A stretch of 64,000 nt of DNA from the human T2T-CHM13v2.0 reference genome, Homo sapiens, in assembly GCF_009914755.1 (NCBI RefSeq), contig NC_060934.1; one strand, 5' to 3'. Below are positions 29,411-59,269 of this stretch, one piece after another. A model generated the notes under the pieces. The model searched no databases and had not been told where the DNA came from. It saw only the letters and a program-made list of their open reading frames with translations. A program made the position numbers and the translations under genes. Position 1 is the stretch's first letter. Each line of letters begins with the position of its first letter.

Positions 29411-29906
29411 TTACTCCATCCACCTGCTTCTCCTAAAACTTTGAAATATGCTTGGAATTGAAAGTGTTTAGTTTGAGGATAGTTATCTAAAAGTGACATA
29501 CAGGGCTCCTGCTTTGCTCTTCCTTAGTAAATTTCCTATTTTATTACACAGTTTACTAATACAGAGGACTAGAGTTTTGTTATTTCCATGGAAAACATTA
29601 TTGAATCTAAATTTAACTAGAGATGTGTAGTTCAGGGAGGGAGAGTGGTTTTATAATATGAATCTTGGATTTGAAATGAACTTAAAGCAAATGAATAAAA
29701 ATTGTTTCATTAATTATAATGTCTGAAATAATGCATGTTTTTGTGAATAAAAATTGATATAATAAAGTTTAAAGTGACAGGAGTAGATATAACTAATTGT
29801 ATTTATAATTTCTTGGATGTAAAATAACATTTTTGAAAAATATTATACAATGACCTCACATACAGTGACCTCACTTAATCTATGTGAGGCTATACACAGT
29901 GGCTCA

Positions 29907-30204
<298 letters not shown>

Positions 30205-31066
30205 TTAATTGTTTTGGGTGGTTTAGAGATGTTTCTGTCTCCTTCACTGATGACCATGTGTCTCTGCTGCTGTCGCTCACTGGTGATTATCAACTCAACT
30301 TCTTACATTTGTTTTAACAAATATTTATACACCCTTTGTAAATTTGCATGAGATAAAGTCATTATAGTTAAAAAAATTGTTTTTTTTTTTTTTTTTGAGA
30401 CAGAATCTTGCTCCATTGACTAGGCTGAGTGCAATGACATCATCATGGCTCACGGCAGCCTGAACCTCCTGGGCTCAATTGATCCTCCTACCTCAGCCTC
30501 CTGAGTAGCTGAAACTACAGGTGCATGCCACTATGCCCAGCTTGTTTTTTATTTTTTGTAGAGACAGGGTCTCACTATGTTGGCAGGCTGGTCTCTAACT
30601 CCTGGGTTCAGGTGATCCTCCTGCCTCGGCCTCCCAAAGTGTTAGGATTTCAGGTGTGAGCCACCATGCCTGTCCTATGAAGTCATTACAAAGAAATTAA
30701 ATTAATTGGTTTCATTGGCAGTATTGAATTTCAAAGCAGAAGGGGTGCTTAAGAGAAATAATGCCTTTGGAGTAATTTCTGATGCTAGATGAAACTCATA
30801 TCTCATTTAAGGTGTCCATCTGAATTTTATGTTTGGATGATTATGAATTATTCCTTAAAGCTTGAAGTGAACTCTGGCTCTCTAGGACAAATTAATCTTT
30901 ATTCCTTTAATCTTTATTCCCTTAGGTATATATTAAAGGGATCAAATTTTTTTTTAGAGTAATGTAAAATTAAGGGACTTCTTTTGTTAGGTGAATTTCT
31001 CAGGTTTTAAGATATCAGTATCATTGTGGACATTGACTACATTGTCTACTAAATTCTGTAATTTTA

Positions 31067-31610
<544 letters not shown>

Positions 31611-33849
31611 CTAAAATAATTTCTGTTATTGTGTTGGATAACTTTGTCAACTTCACTTTGGGAATATCTAAATATAGGTAGCTGCATTCGAGCCAGAGGA
31701 ATATTGGGTTTTTTTGTTGTTGCTTATTTTTGAGGCAGCCTTACTTTGTCACCCAGACTGGAGTACATTGGCACAATCATGGCTCACTGCAGCCTTGACC
31801 TTCTGGGCTCGTGTGGTCCTCCCAACCCAGCCTCCCAAGTAGTTGGGACTAAAGGTGTGCACCACCATGCCTGGCTAATTTTTAAATTTTTTTGTAGGGA
31901 TGGAATTTTGCTATGTCACCTAGGCTGGTTTCGAACTCCTAGGCTCAAGCAGTCCTCCCACCTTGGCCTCCCAAAGTGCTGGGATTACAGGTATGAGCCA
32001 CCACACCCAGTTGAGCAATACTGGGTTTTAATCAAGATTATTGTCTGAATATTGAGTCTTAATGACTTTTTTGATTTTGTTTTTTTGGCCATAGTATTAA
32101 GTTTGCAGTTGATAACCTTCTGTACTAACTAGAAGTAGTATAGAAACTGCAAATTAAAAAAAAACCCCAGGTAAAATGTTGATGGCTGCTATTTTTATTT
32201 AAGGTATTAGTAAAGGAAAAGAAGTCAGGGACATTATGGAGGTCAAGTTTTATATTATTAAAACTCAACTTCATGATTTATACATACTTAGAAATAGTCT
32301 GAGTGATGTGTGACCAAAATATGATTTCTAGGAGGAATGATTGTTACATCCGTGGAATAGCTGCGTACACTTTATTGTTCTTGGTGCTTAAACTTTAGTT
32401 GTCCTGCTAAGATAAAGGAAGACATTCTTTCAGTTGGAAATCATAATGTATTTCTCCATTGAAACAGTATGGTTTGAACAGTGCTATATATTCTTACTCA
32501 TTATTATTCCTTAAATGAATATTTTAAGCTCCTGATAGAAGGCAGGTACTGTGTTATATGCTGTTGGTGTTACCAGAATACAAAGATGAAGAGAACAAAG
32601 TATTACACAATTCCTAATCTCACATAAATGCTATTTTTTTTACTAGCTGTGGGGAGCACAAAATAAGTGGTTGAAAGTCATCTGACACAGTTACATTTAT
32701 TCCTTTCCTTTTCCATGGCTCTTAGGAATAAATTGTTCTACTCTATGGATTAAATTGCCCTTTGTTTATTGCCTGGGATCCCAACTTTATTTCATAATTT
32801 TATTTCTTTGAGGAAACGTTTCACAAGTTTTATAACAAAGTATAACTCAATTTGGAGAGCACAATCTGTGCATAAGTTGGAGGCTACCTATTGTGAAATG
32901 GAAAAATGCTTGTCCTAGCATTACTAAGTTAATGTATAGCTGGTAGAAAGTTTTCACTTTTAATTGCTAACTTGCCTAGTGAGAGTGAAAGATTGATTAC
33001 GGCAACTAAAAAGTATAAAAACTACTGAGTAGTTTTTAGGTACAGTCAGTTCTTCAGTAGAACAAGAATCTTTAGAAATAACTTTCACTAATTCTTTACT
33101 AGTTGTTTTTCCTATTTCTCTTGGATATGGATCATCAGAATGTTTTTTGTCCCTCTTACCCGCCCCCCCCCACCCCGTCTGCCACCCCCCGCCTCCCACT
33201 TTTTTGTTGGGAGGCTTATGTGAGAGCATTAGAGGCCTTGAATGTTTGGGTAGACAAGGTAAGTATTCAAATAAACATTTCAAGATCATTGTGACAGTGA
33301 AATTATTTGATATGAAAAAGGATCTCAGTTATTAGAAAAAACACAACTGTGTTAATACTGACAGCCAGCGTTGCTATAAGTGTTTTATGTGCATTATCTC
33401 ACTTAAGCTTTACAACAGTCCTAAGAGAGGAATGCTGTGGTTATTACACCCACTTGACAGACCAGGGAGCAGAAGCACAGAAACCCAAGGATTTCTGCCG
33501 TCAGTGTCATGCATTTGGCTGGAGTTATGATGTCGTGCAAGTAATGTTCCTTCTTTTTCCCTCTAATTCATTTTTATGTTTTTCTTTTACAGGGCAATTT
33601 TGTAAGATTTAGTTTCCAGGGGTCAGGTTTGTTTGGGTTTTATGTCCTTGGGAAATCCTCAGTACCTTATTTCCCATATTCCATATTTTTTAACCTTAAT
33701 TTTTTTTCCCCTCAAATGTTATACAGTTTAATGAGTCAAGTGGTCTTTCAGGGATTGTTAAAACAAACAGTAATTCTCAGCTTCCACCTTCATTTCCTCC
33801 TCTCATAGGTAACCATCCTCAACTCATAGGTATTTGGAATTTACCTGTG

Positions 33850-36410
<2,561 letters not shown>

Positions 36411-36542
36411 TACCTGATGAGGGCCAGGCGTGGTGGCTCAGGCCTGTAATCCCAGAATTTTGGGAGGTCGAGGCAGGTAGACTCCTTGCGTCTGGGAGTT
36501 TGAGAGAAGCCTGGGCAACATAGCAAAACCCCATCTCTACTA

Positions 36543-36740
<198 letters not shown>

Positions 36741-36829
36741 TTAGCACAATTTGGGGAAGAAATGAAGTTAAATATATGTATGTTCCATCTTCTCTTTACC
36801 CAGAACTTATTTCTAATTTTTTTTTTGTT

Positions 36830-37770
36830 AAGCATCTTTTTTGTTGTGGTAAAATATACATAAAATTTATTATTTATAAGTATACAGTTCAGTGACATTA
36901 AGTACATTCACAATGTTTTACAGCCATCACTACTTTCTAGTTCTAGAACTTTTCTATCACACCAAAAAGAAACCCCATACTCATTAAGCAGTCACTCCCC
37001 ATTCCCTCCCTCCCTCAGCCCCTGGAAGCCACGAATGTGCTTTTTGTTTCTATGGATTTGCCTTTTGTGGATATTTCATATAAATGAAGTCATTCAGTAT
37101 GCGGCCTTTTGTCACATGTTTTCATTTACCATAATATTTTTGTGGTTCATCTATGGTATAGCATAGATCACTGCTTCCTTCTTTTTTATGGCTGAATAAT
37201 TTTCATTGTGTGGATATATCACATTTTGTTTATCTGTTCATCAGTTGATGAACTTTTGGGTTGTTTCTGCTTTTTCTGGCTATTGTAAATAGTGCTGTTA
37301 TGAACACTGATGTACAATTTTTTGGGGTGAACATTTGTTTTTATTCTTTTGGGTATATACCTCGGTGTGGAATTGCGGGATCATATATGGTAATTCTGTC
37401 TTTAACTTAATGAGGAACTGCCAATCTGTTTTCCTCAGTGACTGTACCATTTTATATTCCTATTAGCAATACACAAGTGTCCCAATTTCTCCACATTTTT
37501 GCCGACACTGTTTTCCATTAAAAAATTTTTATTGTAGTCATTCTAGTGGGTGTAAAGTGGTATCTTTTTGTTTTGATTTGCATTTCCCCAGTAACTAATG
37601 ACATTGAGCCTTTTTTCATGTGCTTGTTGGCCATTTGTATATCTTCTTTGGAGGAATGTCTGTTTAAGTCCTTTGCCCACTTTAAATTGTGTTGTCTTTG
37701 TGTTGTAGAGTTGTAAGAGTTCTTTATACATTCTGGGTACTAGACATGATTTTCAAATTTAGATACATGA
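36830..37770 (-). mobile_element. L1MB-like 3' end
   Basis: gtatacagttcagtgacattaagtacattcacaatgtt...gaggaatgtctgtttaagtcctttgcccac. Confidence 0.8.
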
Positions 37771-39789
37771 TTTTCAAATCTTTTGCCTCTAGATGTTTTT
37801 TACTTTTTTATTTTTGATCCTTGAACTCATCTATATTCTATGGTTGTGATGTAATGATGTCAGAATTGGTGTCATTTGTGTTTATTTACCAGGTTATTTG
37901 GAAGGATTATATTTTAGGTGCTCTCCTCTCCCCCAGTAAATGGTATTATGACACAAGGGTTATAAAGGACTGATAAGAAATTACTTAAGACAGAAAGGGA
38001 AGTTGGCCTGCTTCCAAAATATGGTCCCAGCAGAAGTGAAGTTAGTTACACAAATAACTACAGTCAAAAAGCTATTTTTATCCATGATAATGTATTTGTT
38101 GTTATTAATATTAAAGATTATATTTTGCCAGGTGCAGTGGCTCACATCTATAATCCCAGCACTTTGGGAGGCTTAGGTGGATGGATCACTTGAGCTCAGG
38201 AGTTTGAGACCAGCCAGGGCAACATGGTGAAACCCCATCTCTACAAAAAATGAAAAATTAACCAGGCTTGGTGGTGCGTGCCTGTACTCCTAGCTACTTG
38301 CGAGTCTGAGGTGGGAGGATAGCTTGAGCCCAGGAGGTCAAGGCTGTGGTGAGCCGAGATCGTAGCACTGCACTCCAGCCTGGGCAACAGGACAAGACCC
38401 TGTCTCAAAAACAAAACGAAACAAAACAAAACAAAACGACTATATTTCTGCATTAAGTGGGGGTATAGAATCCTATCTAATATTTGAGATAATAATTGTT
38501 ATAGTATTTTATTGAGCTTTTATTGGGTACCAGATGTGTTCTAAGTTTTTTTCATGAATTATTTTCGTTAATCTTATTCATTGTTGTGTCCTGAATGAGT
38601 ACTCACATATTTGTTGAAGGGCTCAATGGTCCCTAAAACCTTACATGCTGTTTTGGAAGGTTAACTTGCCAAAGGTCACATAGTTGGCAAATGATGAAGC
38701 TGAGATTAACATTAAGATCTGATTCCAAAGTAGTCTTTCTTAACTATATTGCTTTATGTGGAGTTTTGTCGCTGATATCTAGACAGAAAGTCTCTAGCAA
38801 TGGAAAAAAAATAATTTTTAATTAATTTTAATTTTTTTAGTGTTTTGCTTCTTTTATTTTTTTTATTTTGTGAGCCACCGTGCCCAATTGGTTTCTTTTA
38901 AAAGACTAGTTAGCTTGTGCTTTAGGCCTCTTGATTACTCTGAGGTATTTAATTAATATCTTTGAAATCCTACGATTTACTGTATCACTTCTGCAATATC
39001 TAAATTTTTCCTTCTTACTTATTTCTGTTCTCCTTCTACAGTCCTTTCTATTATGTTTAATCATCAAAACATTGTTCTTGTTTTCTACTGCAGTCTAATT
39101 TTTAGTGTTATGCTGTTTCCAGATGCCATTTGGGTCATTTTCAAAAAAAGATGAGTAATAATTAGCAAGTAATGAATATTGTTCTTTTTACCATTCATTA
39201 AGAACAATTGTTAATTGTCTTATTCTATTGTGAAGAATATCTGTAATTCCTGCTTAGAACCTGGGTTGATAGCAGGATCTCAGGAAGCACGAAGTGTACA
39301 CAGAACGATATAGCTGGAAAAAGTATATATGTTAAAGAATAATATGTTGTCTAAGGACAGAATGGAACTGATCACACAGGTTCTTTTTTGGTAAGCTTCA
39401 AAACTTCTTATCTCCCATAAAAGTACTTTTTCTTTTATAATATGCAACAATAACTTTCTGTTTAGTTAATTAGTTTTAAAGCAAGCTTAAACTTATAATT
39501 TATAAAGAATCATATTTGCTCCCTATCATTGTTTTATAGCTGGGGCTATACTGACAAATAAGAAAAATAAAATTCCTGCCCTTGTGGAGGAGACAGTTAA
39601 ACAATGAGACAAATACATTTCAGATGGAAATGAGGACAATGGAAGAAGAGTAGAGCAGGATGAAGGCATGAAGGGTGACTGAGAGCTGGTCAATCTTTAG
39701 ATAGTGTAATACAGGAAACTGCTTTGAAAAGATGACTTTTGAGCAGAGATCTTAATGTACTGAGGGAGTGAACCATTTGAGGTCTGGGG

Positions 39790-46330
<6,541 letters not shown>

Positions 46331-46608
46331 GCCAGTCATGGTGGCTCATGCCTGTAATCCTAACACTTTGGGATGCTGAGGCCTGGAGTTTGAGACCAGC
46401 CTGGGCAACATAGTGATACCCCTATCTTTACAAAGATTAAAAAATAGAAATATAAAAAGTTAGCCAGGCATGGTGGCACTTGTCTGTAATCCCACTTACT
46501 TGGGAGGCTGAGGTGGGAGGATTGTTTGAGCTCAGGAGGTCAAGGCTGCGGTAAGCCATAATTGTATTCCACCCAGGGTGATAAAGCATGACGGGAGATC
46601 CTGTCTCA

Positions 46609-46746
<138 letters not shown>

Positions 46747-46914
46747 TCAAAAAAAAAAATTTAAAAAGGGGGGCATGGTGGCATGGGCCTGTAGTCCTAT
46801 CTACTCAGGTGGCTAAGGTGGGAGGATTGCTTGAGCTTGGGAGGTTGAGGCTGCAGTGAACTGTGTTCGTGCCACTGCACTCCAGCATGGGAGACAGAGC
46901 AAGATCCTTTCTCA

Positions 46915-47800
<886 letters not shown>

Positions 47801-49354
47801 TTAAAAACCAGTTATTTACCCCATCATTAAGTTATAATGAACTTTCTTATGGGAATTCTTTGATAAGGAAGCTCCTTTACGCTGAAGTTTTATTCTTTTC
47901 ATACCTCTTTAGATAAATCAGTGCTTTGGGAGCATATGTCATATGACTCAATGGCAGTGTTCTAACTTGGATTCTAGCTCCACATTGTGCAAAGGCAAAA
48001 AACCAGAGAGTCAGTGTGGTAGTTAAGAACTTATGTTTTGCTGTTTGATTTCCTACATGCCAGTACTCCCTCCACTACCTGCAGTCTTCCTGACCTGGGG
48101 CAAGTTCCTTTTGTAAACTCTGTTTTCTAGGGGGATGGTGGTGGAAGAAGGATGGTGATTTGAGCCAGGCAGTAGCAGGTGGAGGTGGAGAAAAGTGGTC
48201 AAACCCTGAATGAACGTTAAAGATAGGACCAAAAGGATTTGATGAGAAATTGGAAGTAGAGCACGGGGAAAAAGAAAGACATCAGTGATGATGCCAAGGT
48301 TTTTTGGCCTGGGGAATTGGGATAGTGGAGTTGTTATTTGCTGAGTATGACTTTTCACAAAGGAATGTCAAGGCGTAAGTAGCAAAGTTCTTTCTTTTTT
48401 TTTTTAATTTTTCTTGATTGTGTTTGTTTTGTTTTTCATCTTTTGTGGGAGGTGGGTGGAGATGAAAGCAAGCACAGGGGTTGGCAGGCATACCCCTGGC
48501 ACCTACCTGTGAGTTCATGATTACTAGTCTTAAATTCAGTCCTTTTTATTTTTACTTTTTTTTTTTTTTTTTTTTTTTTAGAGACAGTGTCTCACTCTGT
48601 CATCCAGGCTGGAGTGCAGTGGCACAATCACGGCTTACTGTAGCCTTGACCTCCCAGGCTCAGGTGATCCTTTCACTTCAGCCTCCTGAGTAGCTGGGAC
48701 TACAGGCACATACCACCCTACCCAGCAATTTTTTTTTTTAATTTTTTGTAGCGACATAGTCTTACCATGTTGCCTAGGCTGGTCTCGAACTACTGAGCTG
48801 AAGCAACCTGTCTGCCTCAGCCTCCCAAAGTAAAGTACTGTAATTACAAGCTTGAGCCACTATGCGTGGCCAAATTCTGGCCTCTTGATGTTGCATGGCG
48901 TGGATGGGGAGGTGAAGTGTGATATTTTAGGAATTTGAGGATTTCTTCTTCGACCTTAGGCGTGACATTGGACAAATGACATCTGGGCTGAGACATTTTC
49001 TATTAATTCTGAATCCAAAAAACTCTTATCCCATTGTCTCATAGCTTCATTACACAGACCTGGCAGCCATGATCCTCTTTTTTTCCCCCTTAGTTGTCAA
49101 ACATGGGTTCTCTGTCTTACCTCATTTGAGTCTTACCTCAGTCTTGAGAGTCTCAAATGTATATCATAGTTTTTAGACAAAATTCAACCTTATTTCAGTT
49201 AGTATTTCATTGTTATTTAAATATTTTAACAGGAAAACTGAGCAATGTTTCCCTTTACCTGTTAATCCTGTTATAATATTTTAGATAAAGTGTATTAGAA
49301 GGCACATTCTTCATTAATAGAATATTTATTCATGTGTTTATATGGTTCTTAACT

Positions 49355-49470
49355 AGGAATACCATATAGTCTATCTCCAACCCTTTGAGAAGGAAAAAAG
49401 ATACTGACTAAACAGGACACCAGAAGAGCATGCCTAAACTAGGACTGTTCTGGGCAAATCAGAAGGCATG
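49355..49470 (-). mobile_element. MER81-like hAT-Blackjack MITE
   Basis: aaactaggactgttctgggcaaatcagaaggcatgttcacctta resembles the MER81 terminus. Confidence 0.5.
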
Positions 49471-50232
49471 TTCACCTTATTCTTTTTATTCTTTCTTTTT
49501 TTTTTTTTTTTTTTGTGACGGAGTCTCACTCTGTCGCCCAGGCTGGAGTACAGTGACGCGATCTTGGCTCACTGCAACCTCCACCTCCTGGGTTCAAGCG
49601 ATTCTCCTGCCTCAGCCTCCTGAGTAGTGGGACTACAGGCACATGCCACCATGCCTGGCTAATTTTTTGTGTTTTTAGTAGAGACGGGGGTTTCGTCGTG
49701 TTAGCCAGGATGGTCTTGAACTCCTGACCTCATGATCTGCCCACTTCGGCCTCCCAAAGTGCTGGGATTACAGGCATGACCCACTGCACCTGGCCTCACC
49801 CTATTCCTAAGGCCAGAAAACCAGCTAGAGTAAAGTTCACTTTCTGTTTGAGTGCTTGGACTTTATTGGGAGAAGGCAAATGCCCTGGAACAAGAGTGAA
49901 AGGGAGAAATTCCCGTTGTATTGCAAGCCAGAATAAGAGAGGCTCACCCGCACTGGCCTAAGGCATCTCAGTTGTTGATGAGAATGTGATTACAGATGTC
50001 TCACTTGAATACCAAAGACAATTGCAAAGGAAATTAAAAGTTATGCAAAGAGAGTTGAGAAGTCAGTTGTCTGCTCACAGGTTGGCTTTAGTGGCTATTA
50101 CTTTGAGATACTAAATGAGCAATAGCTTTAAACTTCAACTGCTTTTGTTTCTGAGGAAAAAAATCATCTTATATCCTTTCATAAGTCGCATAAAATGTGG
50201 ACATTTTCTATTATTTTAAAGAGTAAATTTAG

Positions 50233-50833
<601 letters not shown>

Positions 50834-51822
50834 GCATTTAGTAATTCTTAAAAGAGTTCGGCATGAATATACACAGTACGTGGGTTATTAGTACTGTGTT
50901 GTTAACACAAATGAACTATGATAGCAAATTGAATTTGGTTCAATCAGGTCAAAGAATAAAAGGATGATTTTCTTTAACCAACAAGGGATAGTATAATGAA
51001 CCCCATGCAACTATCACTTAACTTCAATAATTTCAAGTTTGAGTAAGTTGCAGAGTAGTAATTTGAACCCACATCTCTCTTGTTCCAAATCCCTTGCTTT
51101 TAATTACAATCCCATGTGGCTTCTTTGTCATTTGATGCTATTGAGCAACTTTATGATTTTTTTTGGTGTTTTTGGTAAAATAGACATGAAAAGGCATTAC
51201 TACAGGGAGTTTTTTCACTCCCTGGTAATAAGAGGGGAAAAGCACTCTCTTTTAATGATACATGTTTTGTAATAAGCATTTTTTTTAGTTGCAGTGTTCT
51301 GCAAAGACAAAACCTGCTGATACAGTTCATCCTGTTTTAGAAATCTTTGACCCATTCATCAGACTCTGACCACTCTAAAGATAAAGGATTATGGTTGTAT
51401 TGGTTTTTCCGACTGAAGCGGCTTTCTGCAGATTGAGAAATTGTATAATTATTAACTGCGGTAATGGAGATGTACTTGCAAGTTTCATCTGGTATCTTAA
51501 TGAGCTTTAACCCTCTGAATACACCTAAAACATATCCTAGAATTATTGAAATTAATCAGTTGTCCATAACTTTTCTGTCTGTATAATTTGGCTATCATAC
51601 ATATTTTGTTTCCCCCTGCCCTTGCCAGTTTCCATCCTCCTACTCACATACTCACAACTCCTATAAATTGGAGTATTTAGTAGCAGTAGCCTTTGGTATA
51701 AACACTTTTTAAAAATTTACTATTTTTTGATTTAATAGGGCCACTTTCTAGTCAAATTTTTTTTGGGGGTGGTGAGGAGGGTAGGGTAACAGTTCCACAC
51801 TTACAAGGGTATTTGTTTAGAC

Positions 51823-52348
<526 letters not shown>

Positions 52349-52527
52349 ATTTAGACAAATAAGTGAAGGCACACTGAAATAACAATTATATATAATAACC
52401 TTGTGCCGCCCAGCGTGGTGGCTCATGCCTCTAATCTCAGCACTTTGGGAGGCCGAAGCAGGCGGATCAGCTGAGGTTGGGAGTTCGAGACCAGCCTGAC
52501 TTACATGGAGAAACCCCATCTCTACTA

Positions 52528-52756
<229 letters not shown>

Positions 52757-54150
52757 TCAGATATTTCTTGCCCTGAGAGATCCTCTGAATTCTCAGGATT
52801 GCTTCATGTTGATTCTACTGTGATCCTATCAAATATAGTAATGCTAGAAATATAGGTCTGAAGTTTGGGAGAGAGATTGGCTCAGTATAGATATGTAAAG
52901 CACAGTTGGATATGTGGTAGTTATATGAATGGGATTGGATGAAATTCTCTAGAGGTGTGTGGAATGGAAAGAGGTGGCCCAAGGAGGAAGAGAGAGAGAG
53001 AGAAATTGGAGAGGTAGAACAATTTAGGAAAGAGTAATGTTCTAGAAACTAAGGAGAGAGTTTCACAACTGCAGTGGTGAAGCACTGTGAGTTCTTATTT
53101 GGCAATTTGGACTTCATTATTGTCTTATCACAGATAGGAAATGAAAGGTTGCAGAACATTTAGGAGAAAATATTAAGTGAGGACACAGAAGCGGTAAATG
53201 TCGTATACACCTTTTAAACATTTTGGAGATTACCCATAGTAGGCCTGTCCCTTGGGTAAGGCAATTAGGGCAGCTTTCCTGGGCCCTATTTTGGGGTGGG
53301 GAATGACTCGGGGACTTTATTATATGACTTTTTTTCTGAACATTAATAAAATTCAGTTCCAAAATTTTGTGATTAACTGTAGTCCTAAGAGCCTACGAAA
53401 AATGCAGATAATGGGCAGTTCCACATTGGTTGAACTGCCCCAGGCTTCTCTCTTCTAGAGTTGCTGTCCCTTCCTTTTAATCCTGTAGTAGCTCCTATCA
53501 CTTTTTTTTTTTTTTTGAGACAGAGTCACCCAGACTGGAGTGCAGTGGTGTGATCTCAGCTCACTGTAACTTCTGCCTCCTGGGTTCAAGCGATTCTCAT
53601 GCCTCAGCCTCCTGAGTAGCTGGGATTACAGGTGCGTGCCACCACACCTGGCTAATTTTCGTATTTTTACAGGATTTTACCATGTTGCCTAGGCTAGTCT
53701 TGAACTCCTGACCTCAGGTGATCCACTTGCCTCAGCCTCCCGAAGTTCTGGGATTACAGGCGTGAGCCAAGGCTCCTGGCCTCCTGTCACTTTTTATAAT
53801 TGTCAGTTTGTTTTTCCTCTCAGAAATTAAGCTCCTTAAAGCTCTCTATTATTGTTTTGAATTCCCAGGGCCTAGCATAATGCCCAGCACGTAATGTTGA
53901 ATGTTTGTTACGTAAGTGATTGAAGGAATAATCCAATACATATCTGTCTTAAGTACAAAAGAATTCCAATATGGTGGTCTCACAGAGTCAAAAAAGCGGA
54001 ATGTTTCAGAAAAGAGGGATTGATAAACAGTTTCAAATGGTAGTAAAAGTATTGAAAACTGACCTTTGGATTTGGCTTCTAGAAGGTCATTGGTTTCCAT
54101 AGTGAAAACTTTTATAGCAAAATGGTTGGAGTAGAAGTGGTTGAAGATTA

Positions 54151-54472
<322 letters not shown>

Positions 54473-54513
54473 TTATGCATTTGATTTGCATATATCTAAG
54501 TATTCCCACCAAC

Positions 54514-56752
<2,239 letters not shown>

Positions 56753-56984
56753 TAAAGTGAGTCTTTAGGTGAAAAATTTTTGTGAATATTGTGATTTCTC
56801 CTTAATAATTTCTTGTGTATTTATGAATTTTATATAATTAAATGGCATATCAAAAAAATCACCTATGTTAATTATGTTTTTGACTCAGTTATATTTTCTT
56901 TTGGTACATTATTAAGTTAATATCCATATGCAAAAATATGCTGACAATATATTAATTTTGGATTTTTCATTTTTATCAGAAATC

Positions 56985-58509
56985 ATGAGTGGAGGATCTC
57001 AAGTCCACATTTTTTGGGGTGCTCCAATTGCTCCACTGAAAATCACAGTATCAGAAGACACAGCTTCTTTAATGTCTGTTGCTGACCCCTGGAAAAAAAT
57101 TCAGCTTTTATACAGTCAACATTCTTTATATCTGAAGGATGAAAAACAGCACAAAAATCTTGAAAACTATAAAGTCCCAGAATCTATTGGTTCTCCAGAT
57201 CTTAGTGGTCATTTCTTAGCAAACTGTATGAATAGACATGTTCATGTGAAAGATGACTTTGTACGTTCTGTTTCTGAAACACAGAATATAGAATCCCAGA
57301 AGATTCACTCCTCTAGACTGAGTGATATAACTAGCTCTAATATGCAAATATGTGGATTTAAAAGCACAGTTCCGCATTTCACCGAAGAAGAAAAGTATCA
57401 AAAGCTTCTCAGTGAAAATAAAATTAGAGATGAACAGCCTAAACATCAGCCAGATATATGTGGTAAGAACTTTAACACAAATTTGTTTCAGTTGGGCCAT
57501 AAATGTGCAGCTGTGTTGGATTTGGTTTGTAGTACTGAAAAAATTAATATAGGGCCTGAAGTGGTACAAAGAGAGTGTGTGCCAACAGAATATCATGAAA
57601 TACAAAACCAGTGTTTGGGATTATTTTCCTCGAACGCAGTAGATAAGTCAAGGTCTGAAGCAGCAGTTAGGAAGGTCTCAGACCTTAAAATATCAACTGA
57701 TACAGAATTTCTCAGTATAATTACCTCCAGCCAGGTTGCTTTTTTAGCTCAAAAGAAAGATAAAAGGCGGAGTCCTGTAAATAAAGGGAATGTAAACATG
57801 GAGACTGAACCAAAGGCAAGTTACGGGGAGATAAGAATACCTGAAGAGAATTCGATTCAGCTTGATGGTTTTACAGAAGCATATGAAAGTGGACAAAACC
57901 AAGCATATTCCCTTGAACTTTTTAGTCCTGTTTGTCCTAAAACAGAAAATAGCCGCATTCACATAAACTCTGATAAAGGTCTTGAAGAACATACAGGATC
58001 TCAAGAACTTTTCAGTTCTGAAGATGAACTGCCACCAAATGAGATACGTATTGAGTTGTGTAGCTCAGGAATACTGTGTTCCCAACTAAATACCTTCCAC
58101 AAAAGTGCTATTAAAAGAAGCTGTACCTCTGAAGATAAAGTGGGCCAGTCTGAAGCTCTATCTAGAGTCCTTCAAGTAGCTAAGAAAATGAAGTTGATTT
58201 CTAATGGAGGAGATTCTGCTGTAGAAATGGATCGGAGAAATGTGTCTGAATTTAAGAGTATTAAAAAAACATCATTAATAAAAAACTGTGATTCTAAAAG
58301 CCAGAAGTATAATTGTTTAGTCATGGTGCTATCTCCATGCCATGTGAAGGAAATAAACATAAAATTCGGACCAAATTCTGGCTCTAAAGTGCCTTTAGCA
58401 ACAGTTACAGTAATTGATCAATCAGAAACTAAGAAGAAGGTTTTTCTGTGGAGGACTGCAGCATTTTGGGCATTTACAGTGTTTCTTGGAGATATAATTT
58501 TACTCACAG
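56985..58509 (+). CDS. SHLD2: Shieldin complex subunit 2 (FAM35A/RINN2), first coding exon (exon 56980-58509; aa 1-508 plus 1 nt)
   Basis: Acceptor ttttatcag|AAATC ATG; [28 protein letters not shown]...FLGDIILLT recognised as SHLD2; donor CAG|gtgagg at 58509/58510. Contains the N-terminal REV7/SHLD3-binding segment, S339-Q (codon at 57999) and the start of the OB-fold region. Confidence 0.97.
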
Positions 58510-58770
58510 GTGAGGTCATTATGGTATAGTGGTAGCTTATTTTATAAAGCTAAGTTTTGTTTGTTTTTGTTTTTCTCCCACTTAGTCTTTGAAGACTCTT
58601 TAGTCATTTGCCTCTTCTGAGCGCAGCATAATTGATCCCTTTATCGCATCTGCATTGTTCTCCTTTCCATTGTCCACTCTCCTGCCCATTGCCACTTCTG
58701 GGCCTCTGTTCTATCCTTCTCAGCTCTGTCCCTTCTTTCCACTTATCCCCTCCTTTAATAAGCCTTCCCT

Positions 58771-59050
<280 letters not shown>

Positions 59051-59269
59051 CTAATAATGCTGTGCACATTGTATTTTTACTGTGGGAACAGTTATTGATT
59101 TCTATTGCCTTATTATCAAAATTATATTAATTACACTTGGAAATATGGAAAGGAAAAAACTGGTATTATACCAACTTCATATAACCACCAATAGAGTTCT
59201 AGAGTGTTGCCTTCCAGTTATTTTCTCTGTTCTCCTTAAAATGTGTGTGCATGTGTGTATACATCACAC

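Noticed and set aside
56928-56984. 19-aa N-terminal extension of SHLD2 in the ORF track ([19 protein letters not shown])
   Set aside because: Mostly lies in the intron's branch/polypyrimidine region upstream of the AG at 56978-56979; the recognised protein starts MSGGSQ.
57216-58360. Antisense and alternative-frame ORFs within the large SHLD2 exon
   Set aside because: Short, with no recognisable homology; by-products of the main coding frame.
58510-58529. C-terminal GEVIMV* of the 533-aa ORF
   Set aside because: Read-through past the GT donor; the frame continues in the exon at 63672.
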